Assembly: GCA_963701095.1 (NCBI GenBank)
Contig: OY969564.1
Location: 1,056,001 to 1,120,000 of the forward strand
From: an uncultured Methanoregulaceae archaeon
Lineage (GTDB): Archaea > Halobacteriota > Methanomicrobia > Methanomicrobiales > Methanospirillaceae
Length of the DNA stretch: 64,000 nucleotides
Direction: 5' to 3'
Part shown: piece after piece, positions 1 through 12,131 of the stretch
How the letters are laid out: each line of letters starts with the position of its first letter
How positions within the stretch are numbered: position 1 is the first letter of the stretch
Program-made: the position numbers and the translations under genes
The notes under the pieces: generated by a model
Told to the model about the DNA's origin: nothing
The model's database searches: none
Seen by the model: the letters and a program-made list of their open reading frames with translations, nothing else

Positions 1-187
1 GATGCTCATCGGCAAAGGAATGATCGGAGAATATATCCTTCTTGTCCTCATCAATACGAGCGGTAAACTGCGTCCCTGTTGAAACAGACTCACACTCAAA
101 TTCAAACGGCCCGATCTGGCGATCAATGGTAATGTAATCTCCTAAATACATACAGCAGATTCCGCATTGCCGGCAGGTAAACGTCAC
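1..187 (-). CDS. YkgJ-family cysteine-cluster (CxxCxxCC) protein, 5' part only (runs off window)
   Basis: Manual translation from GTG at 187: VTFTCRQCGICCMYLGDYI... open to window edge. Confidence 0.65.
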   Translation of the reverse strand, partial: MTFTCRQCGICCMYLGDYITIDRQIGPFEFECESVSTGTQFTARIDEDKKDIFSDHSFADEH

Positions 188-284
188 CGGATTCTCTCCG
201 TATTTGTGTAGAAAAAACAAGGTATACCGGGACATGTAATGAAAAAAGTGTTTACATTCATATCGATCTTCCTATCTTCGACAT

Positions 285-917
285 TTAATGAATCTTTGCT
301 GCCGCAGTTTGGGCAAGTTCTTTTAATGTTTCAAAATCCGTTGTGGTACCAGTCATGGTCAATTGTTCGTAAACATCATTTTTGATAAAGATAATCGAAT
401 ATGTCGTTAAAAGGGGATTTTGGGAGTCCGTTTCACGATAGGCATAGGTCTGTTGACCCATATTCGGGCAGGGGATCTGGTAGATCTGGATTGTGCCGGT
501 ATTCTGTGACGTGATTGTATTCTCGCTTATAGTAAATACATCATTCATGTTGGCCAAAGGATAGAGATCGATGATCTGGCTGATTTCGGTTGTTTCGTAT
601 TGCTGCGGGTTTAACTGGTAATATGTAACGGAATACCCGGCTTTCCAACCCAGATTCTGCGACATCTGATCCATTTCCAGGTAGCTGATATCAGATCTGT
701 CCTTGAGAATATACCCCGATGGCATATCTGAAGGCTGCAGTGCCATCTGCGACACCGGTACGGTGGGTACCGGACTTTCGGTAGTCGGCACAGGAGTAAC
801 AGAAGACGTCTGGACCGGCGCAGGAGTCGACGGATAGGGAAAAATAGCCGAAAGGCAGCCCGCACTGACCAGCACTGCTACAAGCACAACCCCAAGGATA
901 GCTGATGCAGTATGCAT
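285..917 (-). CDS. Secreted/lipoprotein-like hypothetical protein
   Basis: Hydrophobic N-terminus with SAGC lipobox-like motif followed by Pro/Thr-rich linker. Confidence 0.65.
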   Translation of the reverse strand: MHTASAILGVVLVAVLVSAGCLSAIFPYPSTPAPVQTSSVTPVPTTESPVPTVPVSQMALQPSDMPSGYILKDRSDISYLEMDQMSQNLGWKAGYSVTYYQLNPQQYETTEISQIIDLYPLANMNDVFTISENTITSQNTGTIQIYQIPCPNMGQQTYAYRETDSQNPLLTTYSIIFIKNDVYEQLTMTGTTTDFETLKELAQTAAAKIH

Positions 918-1049
918 GAAATACGATTGACCATGCCAGATGAAATGCTTGTTGAGCGTGACAAAATTATTCGAAAAATAAACCTTCCAAGAATTTCAGG
1001 GAAAAGACAAATATCTTTTTCTTGGCAAACATCCCACGGTTGAAAGATA

Positions 1050-2546
1050 ATGGGAGGGCAAAGAGTGGACGATCCAGAACTTCGTGGTGATGAACAGATA
1101 CTGATGCGAACCCAGGGGATTCATGTAAAATCAATCTCCTTTGAGGCGATTCTCACCAACAAACGAATTATCCTCGTTGACAGAATAAAAAACCTCCTGC
1201 CACCAAAAGAGATTCCTCTTGTTACTATCCAGTCCATTGAATCCGGGGAAAACGCGATCCGTGATCTTGTTATCAGGCTGGGCGTTATCACTAAATCCGG
1301 TGGAACGCGACAGATGGTACTCACCTTCGCCCGCGAGGGTGGAGGAAACCGTGTCAAAGAACGGGATGAATGGGTCAACCAGATCCGGGTTCATACTACT
1401 CCTTCCTTCGAGCAGGTGATGAAAAAGGTGATTCCCGGTATTGATCTCGCAAACCAGGAAAAACCAACCTCTCAGGTCTTTAATCCCCCGGTTCCTTCGG
1501 TACAGTCCCCTGAATTTACCCGGACTCTAAAAAAGATCGTGGAGACTGTTCCAGGATCCACTCAGCAGCCGGAAAAAGTGAAGGAAACCATTCTTGGCAC
1601 GTACTGCACCCGGTGTGGCACGAGGGTACCGGACACGTCTGATTTCTGTACGAAATGTGGCGCACGTATTTTGGCCCTTCCTGTAGGTACTCAGGAACCG
1701 GCTGCTGCACCAGTCTCGTCTATGCCAGAACCAGCAATCCTCGATGAGAGTCCTATCGAAAATGCAACCAGATCCCTCGAGCAGCTTGTCACAAAAGCAC
1801 AGGTTGCTCAACCTCAGGACAAACCATCCGGAGCGATACCAAGACCGGCAGTGTATACTCCTGAAACCGGTGTACCTCCATCTTCGGAGCCTGAATTGAT
1901 GTTTCCGCCAAATGTAGCCTCAGAGTCTTCGAAGGCTCCTCTGGCAGAGAAACGGTTCATGCCAAAACTTTTCTCACCAAAGGATCTCTCACCCACACCG
2001 CTCGTTCCTTCATCCATGCCAAATGCCGTCAGTCCCCCGCCAAAAAAACCTTCAAACAGGAAAAAAATTGTATTGGCGGGTATTATTATCGTCATCATAA
2101 TCATCGCCGCAATTGCTTTTGTTGTTCTGCCAAAGGTGACATCGTTGGGAGCTCATAGTTCCTCCGGGTCAACCGTTACAGTACCTACAACTATCATCCC
2201 GGTAACAACATCTGCAACAGTGAGCAGTTCTGATACCCCGGTAGTAATTGCCACACATGCACCCGTGACCGTTCCGACAACGGGGGTGTATGTCACGGTC
2301 GATTATATCGGCGGTTTCAACGGCTCATACAGTTTCGGCGGGGTTACAACCAATATAACGCCAAACTCGGGGGCGCAGTCATACCTCATTGACAACGCAA
2401 CTGGCACAGTCACGGCAGTCTTCCAGAAGACTGACGACACTACCACCCATCCGCTTACAGTGGGTATCTATAAGAACGGCAATCAGCTTGCATCGAATAC
2501 AACAAGTGCAGCATTCGGGAAGATTACTGTATCAGCGGGCGTATAA
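1050..2546 (+). CDS. Membrane protein with N-terminal PH-like domain, zinc ribbon, one TM helix and Thr-rich extracellular domain
   Basis: LTNKRIILVD (PH-like), CTRC...CTKC zinc ribbon, TM IVLAGIIIVIIIIAAIAFVVL. Confidence 0.7.
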   Translation: MGGQRVDDPELRGDEQILMRTQGIHVKSISFEAILTNKRIILVDRIKNLLPPKEIPLVTIQSIESGENAIRDLVIRLGVITKSGGTRQMVLTFAREGGGNRVKERDEWVNQIRVHTTPSFEQVMKKVIPGIDLANQEKPTSQVFNPPVPSVQSPEFTRTLKKIVETVPGSTQQPEKVKETILGTYCTRCGTRVPDTSDFCTKCGARILALPVGTQEPAAAPVSSMPEPAILDESPIENATRSLEQLVTKAQVAQPQDKPSGAIPRPAVYTPETGVPPSSEPELMFPPNVASESSKAPLAEKRFMPKLFSPKDLSPTPLVPSSMPNAVSPPPKKPSNRKKIVLAGIIIVIIIIAAIAFVVLPKVTSLGAHSSSGSTVTVPTTIIPVTTSATVSSSDTPVVIATHAPVTVPTTGVYVTVDYIGGFNGSYSFGGVTTNITPNSGAQSYLIDNATGTVTAVFQKTDDTTTHPLTVGIYKNGNQLASNTTSAAFGKITVSAGV

Positions 2547-2706
2547 CCAAGTCAATCTTTTCTTTTCACCATAAAAACGTGGGTCTGGTTCTCATCACGT
2601 CCATCAAACTGAACAGGACTTTGAATCCTCGTTTACTAAAATGAGTTCTTTTTAAGATATCTTTTTTTAATATTTGCACGATCATAGTAGTCAATGAGGC
2701 TACACA

Positions 2707-3312
2707 ATGACTGATACACATACGCCACCCCCGGTGCCGGAAGGGGCAGAGGATCTTGAAACCAAGGGCATTGACGTCCTGATCCAAACGCTGCATACCA
2801 GCTCCGAACCGGCTGTCAGAGAATATGCCGCATACCTGTTAGGTAAAACAAAGAGCTCTCATGGGATCAGACCTCTGGTAGAAGCGCTTGCTGACATTGA
2901 CAAATCCGTGCGGGAACAGGCAATGCTTGCCCTTGTTGCAACCGGTAAAGCTGCGATAGAGCCGTTGACGGATGCTATGAAGGATCCCAAATGGGAGACA
3001 CGGTACCGTGCAGCAGAAGCGCTCGGAAAACTTGCTGACGAGAAAGCACTCAAACCGCTTATCCAGGGGCTTCGGGACAGCCGCGATCATGTACGATACA
3101 TGGCTGCAAAAGGGTTAACAGGACTGGGGGACACATCAGCCGTTGATCCCTTGATAATTCTCTTAAAGGACGAAAATCCGGTCGTGAGGAAAATGTCGGC
3201 AAAAGCACTCTCTGCAATAGGAGGGGAAAAAGTAGAGAAAGCCCTGAGGGATGCAGTCAACGGGGAGACAGACGAAAGTGTCAGGGAAGTGATGAATGCG
3301 GGATTAAAATAA
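2707..3312 (+). CDS. HEAT-repeat (PBS lyase-like) protein
   Basis: Repeated VRxxAAxALG / PLIxxLxD units. Confidence 0.85.
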   Translation: MTDTHTPPPVPEGAEDLETKGIDVLIQTLHTSSEPAVREYAAYLLGKTKSSHGIRPLVEALADIDKSVREQAMLALVATGKAAIEPLTDAMKDPKWETRYRAAEALGKLADEKALKPLIQGLRDSRDHVRYMAAKGLTGLGDTSAVDPLIILLKDENPVVRKMSAKALSAIGGEKVEKALRDAVNGETDESVREVMNAGLK

Positions 3313-3507
3313 TTACCCTTGTGATATCTTCCCATTGCTCAACCACGAAACTGATGAAATTGTGCAGTAAAAAGTTTTACTTTTATATTAATTTTTTATT
3401 CCGATATGGCAGAAATATCAATTAAGTATCTTTATCTTATCTTATGAGGGATTCTCTTGTGAGTTCAAGTAAGAGCACCAGCGTACAAAAATGCCGAGTG
3501 ATGCCAC

Positions 3508-5676
3508 GTGAGACCAAGCAATTCAGTTTCCGGAAAAAGCCATTCTTTCTCCCAAACGCTGCTGATCTCCATGATTATTCTCGTCATGTTTATTGTCGGA
3601 TTCATGACAATATACGATTACGTTAATCTCAAAAGCAGCATTGACTCCGAATTCACCAGTTTTCAGAACCAGTCGGAAACCAGTATTGCTGAGGCCTTAC
3701 GACAGGACGATCTGGCAACTACCATTTTAGATGATCAACTCAACTGGCAGATGGAAAGAGGCTTTGATCCTCTTTTCGCTGAATACAACCGTTCCGGAAA
3801 GAACCCTGCGAATATGGACCTTTCCGGAGTGAAAAAGTCTCTTGGAAATGAATATGATATTTATATTATCAATGAATCCGGCGTTATTGTTTATACCACT
3901 TATTCCCCGGAACAAGGAGAGGATTTTCGAAGCATCCCCTATTTTTTCACGTACCTGACCAGGATCCGGTTGTCCCAAGGGTTTTTTGCCGATCGTGTAG
4001 TCCGGGATATTTCCACCGGAAATTTAGAGAAGTTTGCCTATGAACCGACACCAGATCACCAGTATATTATGGAACTTGGCTATATACCGCCTGATCTGAC
4101 TCCACTTACCTTGTACTCAATGATAAAAACGACATCGAAAAATTTGTTTCGATTAATCCCTTTATCGTGCAGTTCCAGATATTCGATACACTGGGTCATA
4201 ATACAGTGGATAATAGCCTACCGGATAATGCCACGGAAGCAGTTCTCACACAGGTAAGTGGCAACCGTGAGACTATGGAAACAGAAAACATAGCCAACCA
4301 CACAGAAACACGGTACCTCTTCATTAATCTGAGTAATCCCCAGTATGGTTCCGATATGAGCAGGATTGTCGTACTCACGTACAACACGGGTCTTGTCCAG
4401 GATGACCTCAACCATCTCGTCTTCGTTCATCTCCTGTTCGGCGGATTTGCTGTTGGGGTTGGTTGTTTTATTGCCTTTTTATTCTCGCGAAGAATTATCC
4501 GTCCGATAGAAGACATAGCACATGATGCAGATCTTATTTCAAACGGGAATTTTGACCACCGCATTGGAACGACTGATGAAAGGGAATTCCGCATCCTTGA
4601 GAAAAGTATCAATACGATGGTGGATTCGCTTAATTCGGCAACAAAGAAGCTCAACGATGAGGAAATCTTCCATCGGGATCTTATAGATCAAATGCCGGTC
4701 GGCATTTTCTTGAAGAAATCAGATACAGGAACATACATTTTCTGGAACCGGGCAAGTGAGGAAATTTTTGAACGGTCTGCAAAGGACGTAATCGGAAAAA
4801 CTGACGAAGAGATTTTTTCTCCTTCAATAGCTGCCCAGATAAAAAAAGGAGGAGGGGGAGGCACTTGCATCACGGTTAGAGATAAAGTATAAGAAAATCA
4901 CATCGAAATCAGGCGCGGAACTTGTCATTCATATGATTATTCTGCCAATCTATGACTCGAAGAGATCCGTGCGATACATGCTAGATATTGCACAGGATGT
5001 AACCGATGAAGCTACTTCCCTGAAAAGGGACCTGATATTCAGCATCACCCGGAGTGATATCCTCGATCAGCTCGCTATCATCATGACCCACCTCGAAAGG
5101 GCCCAGCTTAAAACGACTCACGAGGAGATGCAAATGTTTTTCGATAAGACTATCGGGTCAGTAGAATCCATAAAGAACCGGATCGCGTATGAACGGGCTC
5201 TTCAGAATTCCGAAGTCATTTCACCGAGATGGCAATCGGTAAACCAGGCATTTGCCGAAGCTATCCAGATGCTTCCGGAAAACACGGTTGATATCAATAC
5301 CGGAGTCGGTGAGATTGAGATTTTTGCCGATCCCCTCCTCCCCAGAATATTTTTCAGCCTCCTATCATTATCTTTCCGCCGCGGCGGATCGGCGCTCTCT
5401 TCGATCCGGATGACGGGCATAAGGAACGATAATAAGTTTACATTAATCTATGAGGACGACGGTGTAGGTCTTCCGGCAGAAGAGAAAGAACTAATCTTCG
5501 ATTTCGGATACAGCCAGGAAAATATTGTCAGCCTCTTTTTGATCCGTGAGCTGCTCGGCTTCACCGGCATTTCAATCATCGAGACCGGAGAATCCGGACA
5601 TGGTGTGCGGTTTGAACTCTCCGTACCAAAAGGGCGGTTCAGGGAAAGAAAACAATCAGGACCGGTGTCTTCTTAA
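3508..5676 (+). CDS. Membrane sensor, HAMP-PAS-histidine-kinase-like protein, split by ~2 frameshifts
   Basis: Consecutive ORFs 3508-4257, 4167-4892 and 4933-5676 give TM/extracellular domain, HAMP, PAS and HATPase-like (YEDDGVGLP) parts in order. Confidence 0.75.
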
Positions 5677-5702
5677 TATACCCTGAAGTAACTTTAAAAA
5701 AA

Positions 5703-7690
5703 TTAACGAATCTTCGTACCCGGATCAACAGGTTTTTCCGGTGCCAGAAGCGATGCTGTATCACCGGCCGCAAGGATCATGCCATTGCTTTCTACGCCAA
5801 AAATTTTTGCCGGTGCAAGGTTTGTAAGAACAACAACATTTTTCCCGACAAGTTCTTCGGGTTTGTAGAACTGCGCAATGCCGCTCACAATCTGACGGAT
5901 CTCTCCACCGGTGTCAACCTTAAGTTTCAGGAGCTTGCTCGATTTTGGGATTCCTTCGGCAGCAAGCACTATTCCGGTTTTCATCTCGATTTTACTGAAA
6001 TCCTCGATTGAGATCGACGGTACCTTTTCCATTTTTTTATTCGCCTCCATAACACGATGCTGGAGCACAGCATCCAGCTCTGCAATCTGATTTTCCTCGA
6101 TCCTGCTAAACAGAGGGATTGGTGCCATAAGCTGCCTTTCTGGGACAAGGATAGCCGCCTCATCAATCATATGGGTTGCCACCCCGTCGGAATATCCCAA
6201 CTGAGCCCAGCATTCCTGTGCCTTTGCGGGTATTACCGGCTCGATCAGAAGGGCAAGCGCTTTTACAATCTGAATGCAGTTCTTTATTATCCGTGCAGCA
6301 GCGTCACGGTCAGTTTTTATTAATTTCCACGGCGCATTGGTCTGGATATACGTATTCCCGAAAGCGGCAAGCCCCATTATAGTATCAACTGCTCCTTTGA
6401 ACTCGTATTCCTTCATCTGGGCGTCAACACCAGTCAGGCACTTCTCGATTTCAGCAATGATAGCCGGATCGGTTGTTCCCGGAGGGACACCGCCGAACTC
6501 CTTGTGTGCGAAAAAGAGCGTACGATACACGAAGTTTCCGAAAATATTGACAACCTCGTTGTTTATCCGTTCGCCAAAAACTTTCCACGAGAAGTTGAGT
6601 TCTTTTGTATGGCTTGTATAGGCCAGCAGGTAGTAACGAAGGTAATCCGGGGAAAGACCTTTGTCAAGATAATCCTCGTTTGTCCAAACTACATAACCGC
6701 GGGATTTCGAAAATTTATGATCATCCACCTTTACCATCCCGCTCGCTACAACAGCATGAGGCTCTCCGTAACCGGCCCCTTTGAGGAGGGCAGGCCAGAA
6801 TATACAGTGGTGATAGATAATATCCCCGCCGATGAAATGGGTTACCCGGGTACTACCGCACCAGAATCGCTTCCAGTCTTTATTTATATCAGCCGCCCAC
6901 TCCTCGGTGAATGCAATGTACCCTATTGGTGCATCAACCCAAACATATACGACAAGATCGTCGCGGCCGGGGAATTTCACGCCCCAGTCAAGCGTGCGGG
7001 TAATACACCAGTCATGCAATTCATCCCGGATCCAGCCGATAGCATAGTTCTTTGCATTACTGGTTCCCCGGAGCCGATCAAGAAATGGCAGGAGATAATC
7101 CCTGAATGCGGAGAGCCTGAAGAAAAAATGTTCCTGATCCCGGAACTCCGCCTTTGTCCCACAGACTTTGCAAAACGGATCCTGGATCTCGCCTGGTTCG
7201 AGATGTTTGCCACACCCCTGGTCGCACTCATCCCCCCGGGCCTGCTTTCCACAGTAAGGACAGGTTCCCTCGACATATCTGTCCGGGAGAAACCGTCTGC
7301 ATTTCGGGCAGTACGCCTGGTGAACAATCTGTTTATAGATATATCCGTTTTTTTCCAACCGGCTCATGATCTCCCGGGTACGGTGATGATTGACCGGATC
7401 ATCAGTCATGCCAAAATGATCGAAATTAACGCCGATTCGTTTAAACGTTTCATCAAAATGCCGGTGGAACTGTTCGGAAAGCCCCGGGGCGAGATTCCCC
7501 GCTCTTCTGCTGACACAACAATAGGGGTCCCGTGGTTGTCAGAACCTGATATAAAAAGGACCTCTTCGCCAGTCCGCCGCATATAGCGGACGTAACAGTC
7601 TGCAGGGACGTACGTGCGCAAGTGACCGAGGTGGCAGGGCCCATTTGTATAAGGAAGCCCGCAGGTAACCAGCAGAGGGGGTTGAGACAT
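5703..7690 (-). CDS. metG: Methionyl-tRNA synthetase with C-terminal tRNA-binding domain (one frameshift near 7490)
   Basis: HLGH (HIGH) motif in 7406-7708 ORF; Zn knuckles, KFSKS (KMSKS) and OB-fold in 5703-7409 ORF. Confidence 0.95.
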
Positions 7691-7732
7691 TACGGTACTT
7701 TTTAGCATGTGATAGGTAATAATTTATATACC

Positions 7733-8530
7733 ATGCCTAAGGAGATTCCCCTTCCTACAAGGGCGCTCGGCACCGAATCTGTCAACCCGGATCTTTCCTC
7801 ACTTGCCAGGTGGATTTCCAAACACCGGGGAACCAAGGCTGATCTTATGGCATACCGGTTCGACGCATCGCTGTCACCGGAACTCGCTGCAGGCATTTCT
7901 TTTCCCTGCGCAGGAGGTCTGTTTTACCATGAACGAATCCGCGAATGTCTCACTGGTTTAAACGCCAGAGAGAACACAGCAACCGGCGAAATCCATGTGG
8001 ATGGCAATGCATTGGTTGAAGATTCAATCCTCGCGACTGCCCAAAAAAAAGAGGTATGGTGCGCACTCCCTTCACCGCACACCCTCGGAATAACGGATAA
8101 ATACTACAATGACGATGAAGAGTGGAGCCAGGCTATCACAGTGGCGTACCGCATTATAATGCGGACGATGCGGGATGCAGGTATCGGTGGGCATGTCCTT
8201 ATCGGTAATACGCTGGATGAACGGGAGATATCAGTACTTGCAGGAAAAAAGGTCTTCTTTTTTTCACCTTCACCCGGGGAGGAGGACCTTGAACTCATCA
8301 TGGAATACCAGCGCCAGGTGGCCATCAGCACGAGGATGCTTGATATGGCATTCGATCTTGCAACAGGATACGAAATTAACCGATGGATCCTTTTGGATCC
8401 GGATGAAGAAGGAATCCGCCGTATACTATCGCACGTCGATACCGACCAGGTTATCGCCGGGGGATATTGTATTGGTGAATCCGACACCTACTGGAAAAAC
8501 CTCATAGACTGTGCGGTATATATGAAGTAA
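7733..8530 (+). CDS. Conserved hypothetical protein, weak resemblance to MetE-like barrel
   Basis: Long ORF divergent from metG; segment ALPSPHTL...DKYYNDDEE...MRDAG. Confidence 0.55.
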   Translation: MPKEIPLPTRALGTESVNPDLSSLARWISKHRGTKADLMAYRFDASLSPELAAGISFPCAGGLFYHERIRECLTGLNARENTATGEIHVDGNALVEDSILATAQKKEVWCALPSPHTLGITDKYYNDDEEWSQAITVAYRIIMRTMRDAGIGGHVLIGNTLDEREISVLAGKKVFFFSPSPGEEDLELIMEYQRQVAISTRMLDMAFDLATGYEINRWILLDPDEEGIRRILSHVDTDQVIAGGYCIGESDTYWKNLIDCAVYMK

Positions 8531-8741
8531 TGTATCAACAAATTTACCAAACTCATATTGAGCATCAGGTAACCTTTCATCGTTTCTCCTGATATTTCGG
8601 AAGTTTTGGAAAAACCAACGATATATGCTGGAAGGTTATTCCAAAGAAACAAGCATTAATAACAAAGGATAAAAGCATTGTTATAGTGGAAGGAGAGGGT
8701 GAATGCATCTCACTCCCGAAAACAGCTTTGGATGATACTCC

Positions 8742-10325
8742 ATGAAAGTAAAAACTGTGGTCTGGTTATTGGTTATTCTTATATCAAGTATATTTCTCAT
8801 AAGTCCGGTTCTTGGTGATGTACCTGTTGCAAACTTTATATCGAATACTACTTCAGGAACCGTCCCGCTCACTGTACAGTTTGTGGACTCTTCGCAGAAT
8901 ACGCCCACGTCATGGACATGGTTATTTGGTGACGGAGGAATGTCTACAGACCAGAATCCGACACATACCTATTTGACCGCCGGCACGTATACCGTTACCC
9001 TTATCGCAAAAAACTTCTACGGTAGCAACACCGTAACCGAGAACGGGTATATTACAGCATCAAAGGCAGCAGCTGTTCCTGTTGTCTCATTTGTTACCAA
9101 CATTACTTCAGGCAATGCACCTCTCAGCGTTCAGTTCCTCGATTCTTCTACCAACTCCCCGAGTTCATGGGTCTGGTCGTTTGGGGACGGAGGAACAGCA
9201 ACAAGTTACGACCCCATACATACATACACAACAGCAGGCCAGTACACGGTAACTCTTACCGCCACCAACTCCGCCGGCAGTAATACGACATCGCTGAACA
9301 ATTACATCGACGTAACCCAGGTTACCGCTGCTCCCACGGCCCTGTTCAAGGCGACTGTAACACAGGGATATGAACCATTGACCGTTCAATTCGTCGATGT
9401 TTCAACGAACTCCCCGAATTCGTGGGTATGGTCGTTCGGTGACGGGGGAACTTCTACGCTCGAGAACCCGGTGCATACCTATACTGCATCCGGAACCTTT
9501 GAAGTCACGCTCACTGCATCCAACGCCATTGGCAGCAGTACAGAGACCGAGCCGGGTTTTGTGGTAGTGAATGCCGCAACGCCGGCTGCCTCGTTTAGTG
9601 CAAACGTGACATCGGGGACCTATCCCCTGACGGTTCAGTTCACCGACACATCCAATGACACCCCGACCGGATGGTACTGGACATTTGGCGACGGAGGAAC
9701 TTCCACAACGGAAAACCCGGTGCATACCTACACGGCAAACGGGGCCTATACCGTTTCCCTGGGAGCATCGAATACAGCAGGTAGCAATACGAGCACCATG
9801 CCTGCATATATTAACGTCTCAAATGCCATATCACCGCCGGTAAGCTCCTTTTTCTCAAATACTCAGTCAGGACCGGTTCCCCTGTCTGTGATGTTCCATG
9901 ACACGTCGAGCAATTCACCCAATTACTGGCAATGGTCGTTTGGTGACGGCGCCCTCAGCAGCGAACAGAACCCGGTTCATACCTATACCCAGAGCGGTTC
10001 CTATACGGTGACTCTGACAACGCAAAATGACGGCGGCAGCAACACCACAACGATACAAGGCGATATTATCGTGTCTCCACAGGGAGCAACGGCTGTTGAG
10101 ACAACGACGTTACCGATAACGACACTGGCAGCAGTGACACAACAACCTACCGCGATGCAAACCACAGTTGTGACGACGACAGTCCCAGGATCTGCCGGGA
10201 CATCCCCTTCATGGACACTGCCCCTGATTGTCGTTGTTATCCTGGTACTTGTTGTGATTGCTCTTGTTCTTCGCCGCGGCGGGCAATCCGGTGGCAGGAG
10301 AAGGTATCGGCGCGGGGACCTGTAA
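8742..10325 (+). CDS. PKD-repeat cell-surface protein (5 PKD domains, signal peptide, C-terminal TM anchor)
   Basis: Five W.W.FGDG..S...NP.HTY repeats. Confidence 0.93.
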   Translation: MKVKTVVWLLVILISSIFLISPVLGDVPVANFISNTTSGTVPLTVQFVDSSQNTPTSWTWLFGDGGMSTDQNPTHTYLTAGTYTVTLIAKNFYGSNTVTENGYITASKAAAVPVVSFVTNITSGNAPLSVQFLDSSTNSPSSWVWSFGDGGTATSYDPIHTYTTAGQYTVTLTATNSAGSNTTSLNNYIDVTQVTAAPTALFKATVTQGYEPLTVQFVDVSTNSPNSWVWSFGDGGTSTLENPVHTYTASGTFEVTLTASNAIGSSTETEPGFVVVNAATPAASFSANVTSGTYPLTVQFTDTSNDTPTGWYWTFGDGGTSTTENPVHTYTANGAYTVSLGASNTAGSNTSTMPAYINVSNAISPPVSSFFSNTQSGPVPLSVMFHDTSSNSPNYWQWSFGDGALSSEQNPVHTYTQSGSYTVTLTTQNDGGSNTTTIQGDIIVSPQGATAVETTTLPITTLAAVTQQPTAMQTTVVTTTVPGSAGTSPSWTLPLIVVVILVLVVIALVLRRGGQSGGRRRYRRGDL

Positions 10326-10403
10326 AAAATAAACCTGGTTCCTTCTCTTTTTATTAAAAAAATGTGTGAGAGATTTTAGAGCCGAAAGGAAAGCATGTGG
10401 GGA

Positions 10404-11895
10404 TTAGACCATTTTTTCTCTGCTGACACACTCAAAATCAATAAAGCCATTATACGGATCGGTTTTTAAAAGTCTGACCCGGACTTTCTGGCCTACCAAA
10501 AGACCATGCTCACCTTTTACAACCCGTCCTTCGGCGGGCGGTGTAAGAAGCCGGACATACGTTCCTTTATCAGCGGCTCCGGTCACCAGTGCATCGAATG
10601 TTTTACCAATACTGTCCTCGAGCAGTATGGCAGCAACCGATTTTCTCATAAACCTTTTGACTTTCTTTGATGCTTTCTCGCGGTCAGTGAGCCATTGTGC
10701 CCGGTCCTGAAGGTCCGACGATGAATACGGACCGGGGCTCCTGTAAGAATAGCTTTAATCTGGCGCTGGTTGATGATATCCACGTAGCGCCGGTTTGGTG
10801 CGGTTGCATGAGTGTAATCGACAACTGCAAGGGCAAAATGACCGGTCGGTGTCGCCCCGGGTTCAAGCATCGTATATTCGCCAGGTCCCATCAGTTTAAT
10901 GATGGCAAGAGAAAGGTCCGGGAAATGGAGGGGGTCGGCAGCTTTTTCTTTCAATAAAAACGCTGCAAGTGCTTTTGCATCCGGCTCCCCTGGCAAAGTT
11001 TCCCCTACAGCTGAAGCAGTGAGCATGATACCGGCCCAGTTTTTTGGCGTTTTTACTATCCGCTGAATTATCGGGACTCCTGCTATCCCCAGACGAGCAA
11101 CCATAGTCCCATTGGCCGCGACCATGAATTCCTCAATAAGCGATTTGGCCAGATTTGGCGTATTCGCAACCAGACCCTGCACCTCACCATTTTCCATAAC
11201 AACTTCCGGCTCCAGAGTGTCAAACTCAAGCGCACCCTGTGCACGACGGTATTTCCGAAGCAGTTGCGCCGCCTCATTCTGGAGACGAACCTGTGCTTCA
11301 AGCCCCGGAACCCCCTGTATACCCGGTGGCAGGGGGGCCGTACCCTCAAGCCACGCTCCCACACTCTCGTATACCAGTTTCGCCTTATTCCGTACCAGTG
11401 CCCGGTATATTTCAGCCGGAGTAAAATTGCCGTCGGAATTTATCAAAAACTCAATAATTACCGCCAGGCGATCCTTACCCTGTAAAAGAGACGTGATTCC
11501 ATACGAGAGCCGTTCGGGAAGCATGGGAAACGTGATTATACCTGTATACACTGAGGTCCCATTATGGGCTGCAAATTCATCGGTGGGAGAGTGTTTTGGC
11601 ACATAGGAATCAACATCGGCTATCGCAACAAGCACCCGGATCTTTCCCTCCGGTAAACGCTCGCAGTATTCAATCTGGTCGAGATCCTGTGAGTCGACAT
11701 TATCTATTGAAGACCACAGGAGCGCCCGGAGGTCGCGTAAATCTTTTGGTATATTGGAAAAGGCTTGCTCCTGCATTTTATTGACCTCGTCCATTACCCG
11801 GGGGGAAACCGGGTTACAAAACCATATTTTTCCATCGCATGCCACGCGATGGTCCTGAGATCGGCATCATGGAACTGCGGCCGTTGTTTTTTCAT
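10404..11895 (-). CDS. RNB-domain exoribonuclease (RNase II/R family), 2 frameshifts
   Basis: SIDNVDSQDLDQ, VAIADV, YTHATAPNRRYVD motifs; S1-like C-terminus in 10404-10649; ATG at 11895. Confidence 0.88.
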
Positions 11896-12131
11896 ATCTA
11901 TCGCGTGTAATTCTCACGTTAAGACATAAAAAACTCTTGAAGTGACCGGCTGATATCTTTACAGCTGGTGGCACCGGATAGCGTATATGCAATTATCCCA
12001 TGCAGGTACTGTTTTTTAGTTCTAGTGACTTGTAGAGAGGTTCTGTCAGGTCTTCGAGGGGCAAGTTTTGATGTACTCCGAAAATAAATGCATCACCCTC
12101 ACATAACCCGATGGGACCCTTGCAAGACCCA

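Noticed and set aside
6504..7586. 360-aa + strand ORF
   Set aside because: Antisense shadow of metG with no recognisable motifs
8820..10070. Periodic ~250-bp repeats as a possible array
   Set aside because: They are in-frame PKD domain repeats of one protein, not CRISPR or non-coding repeats
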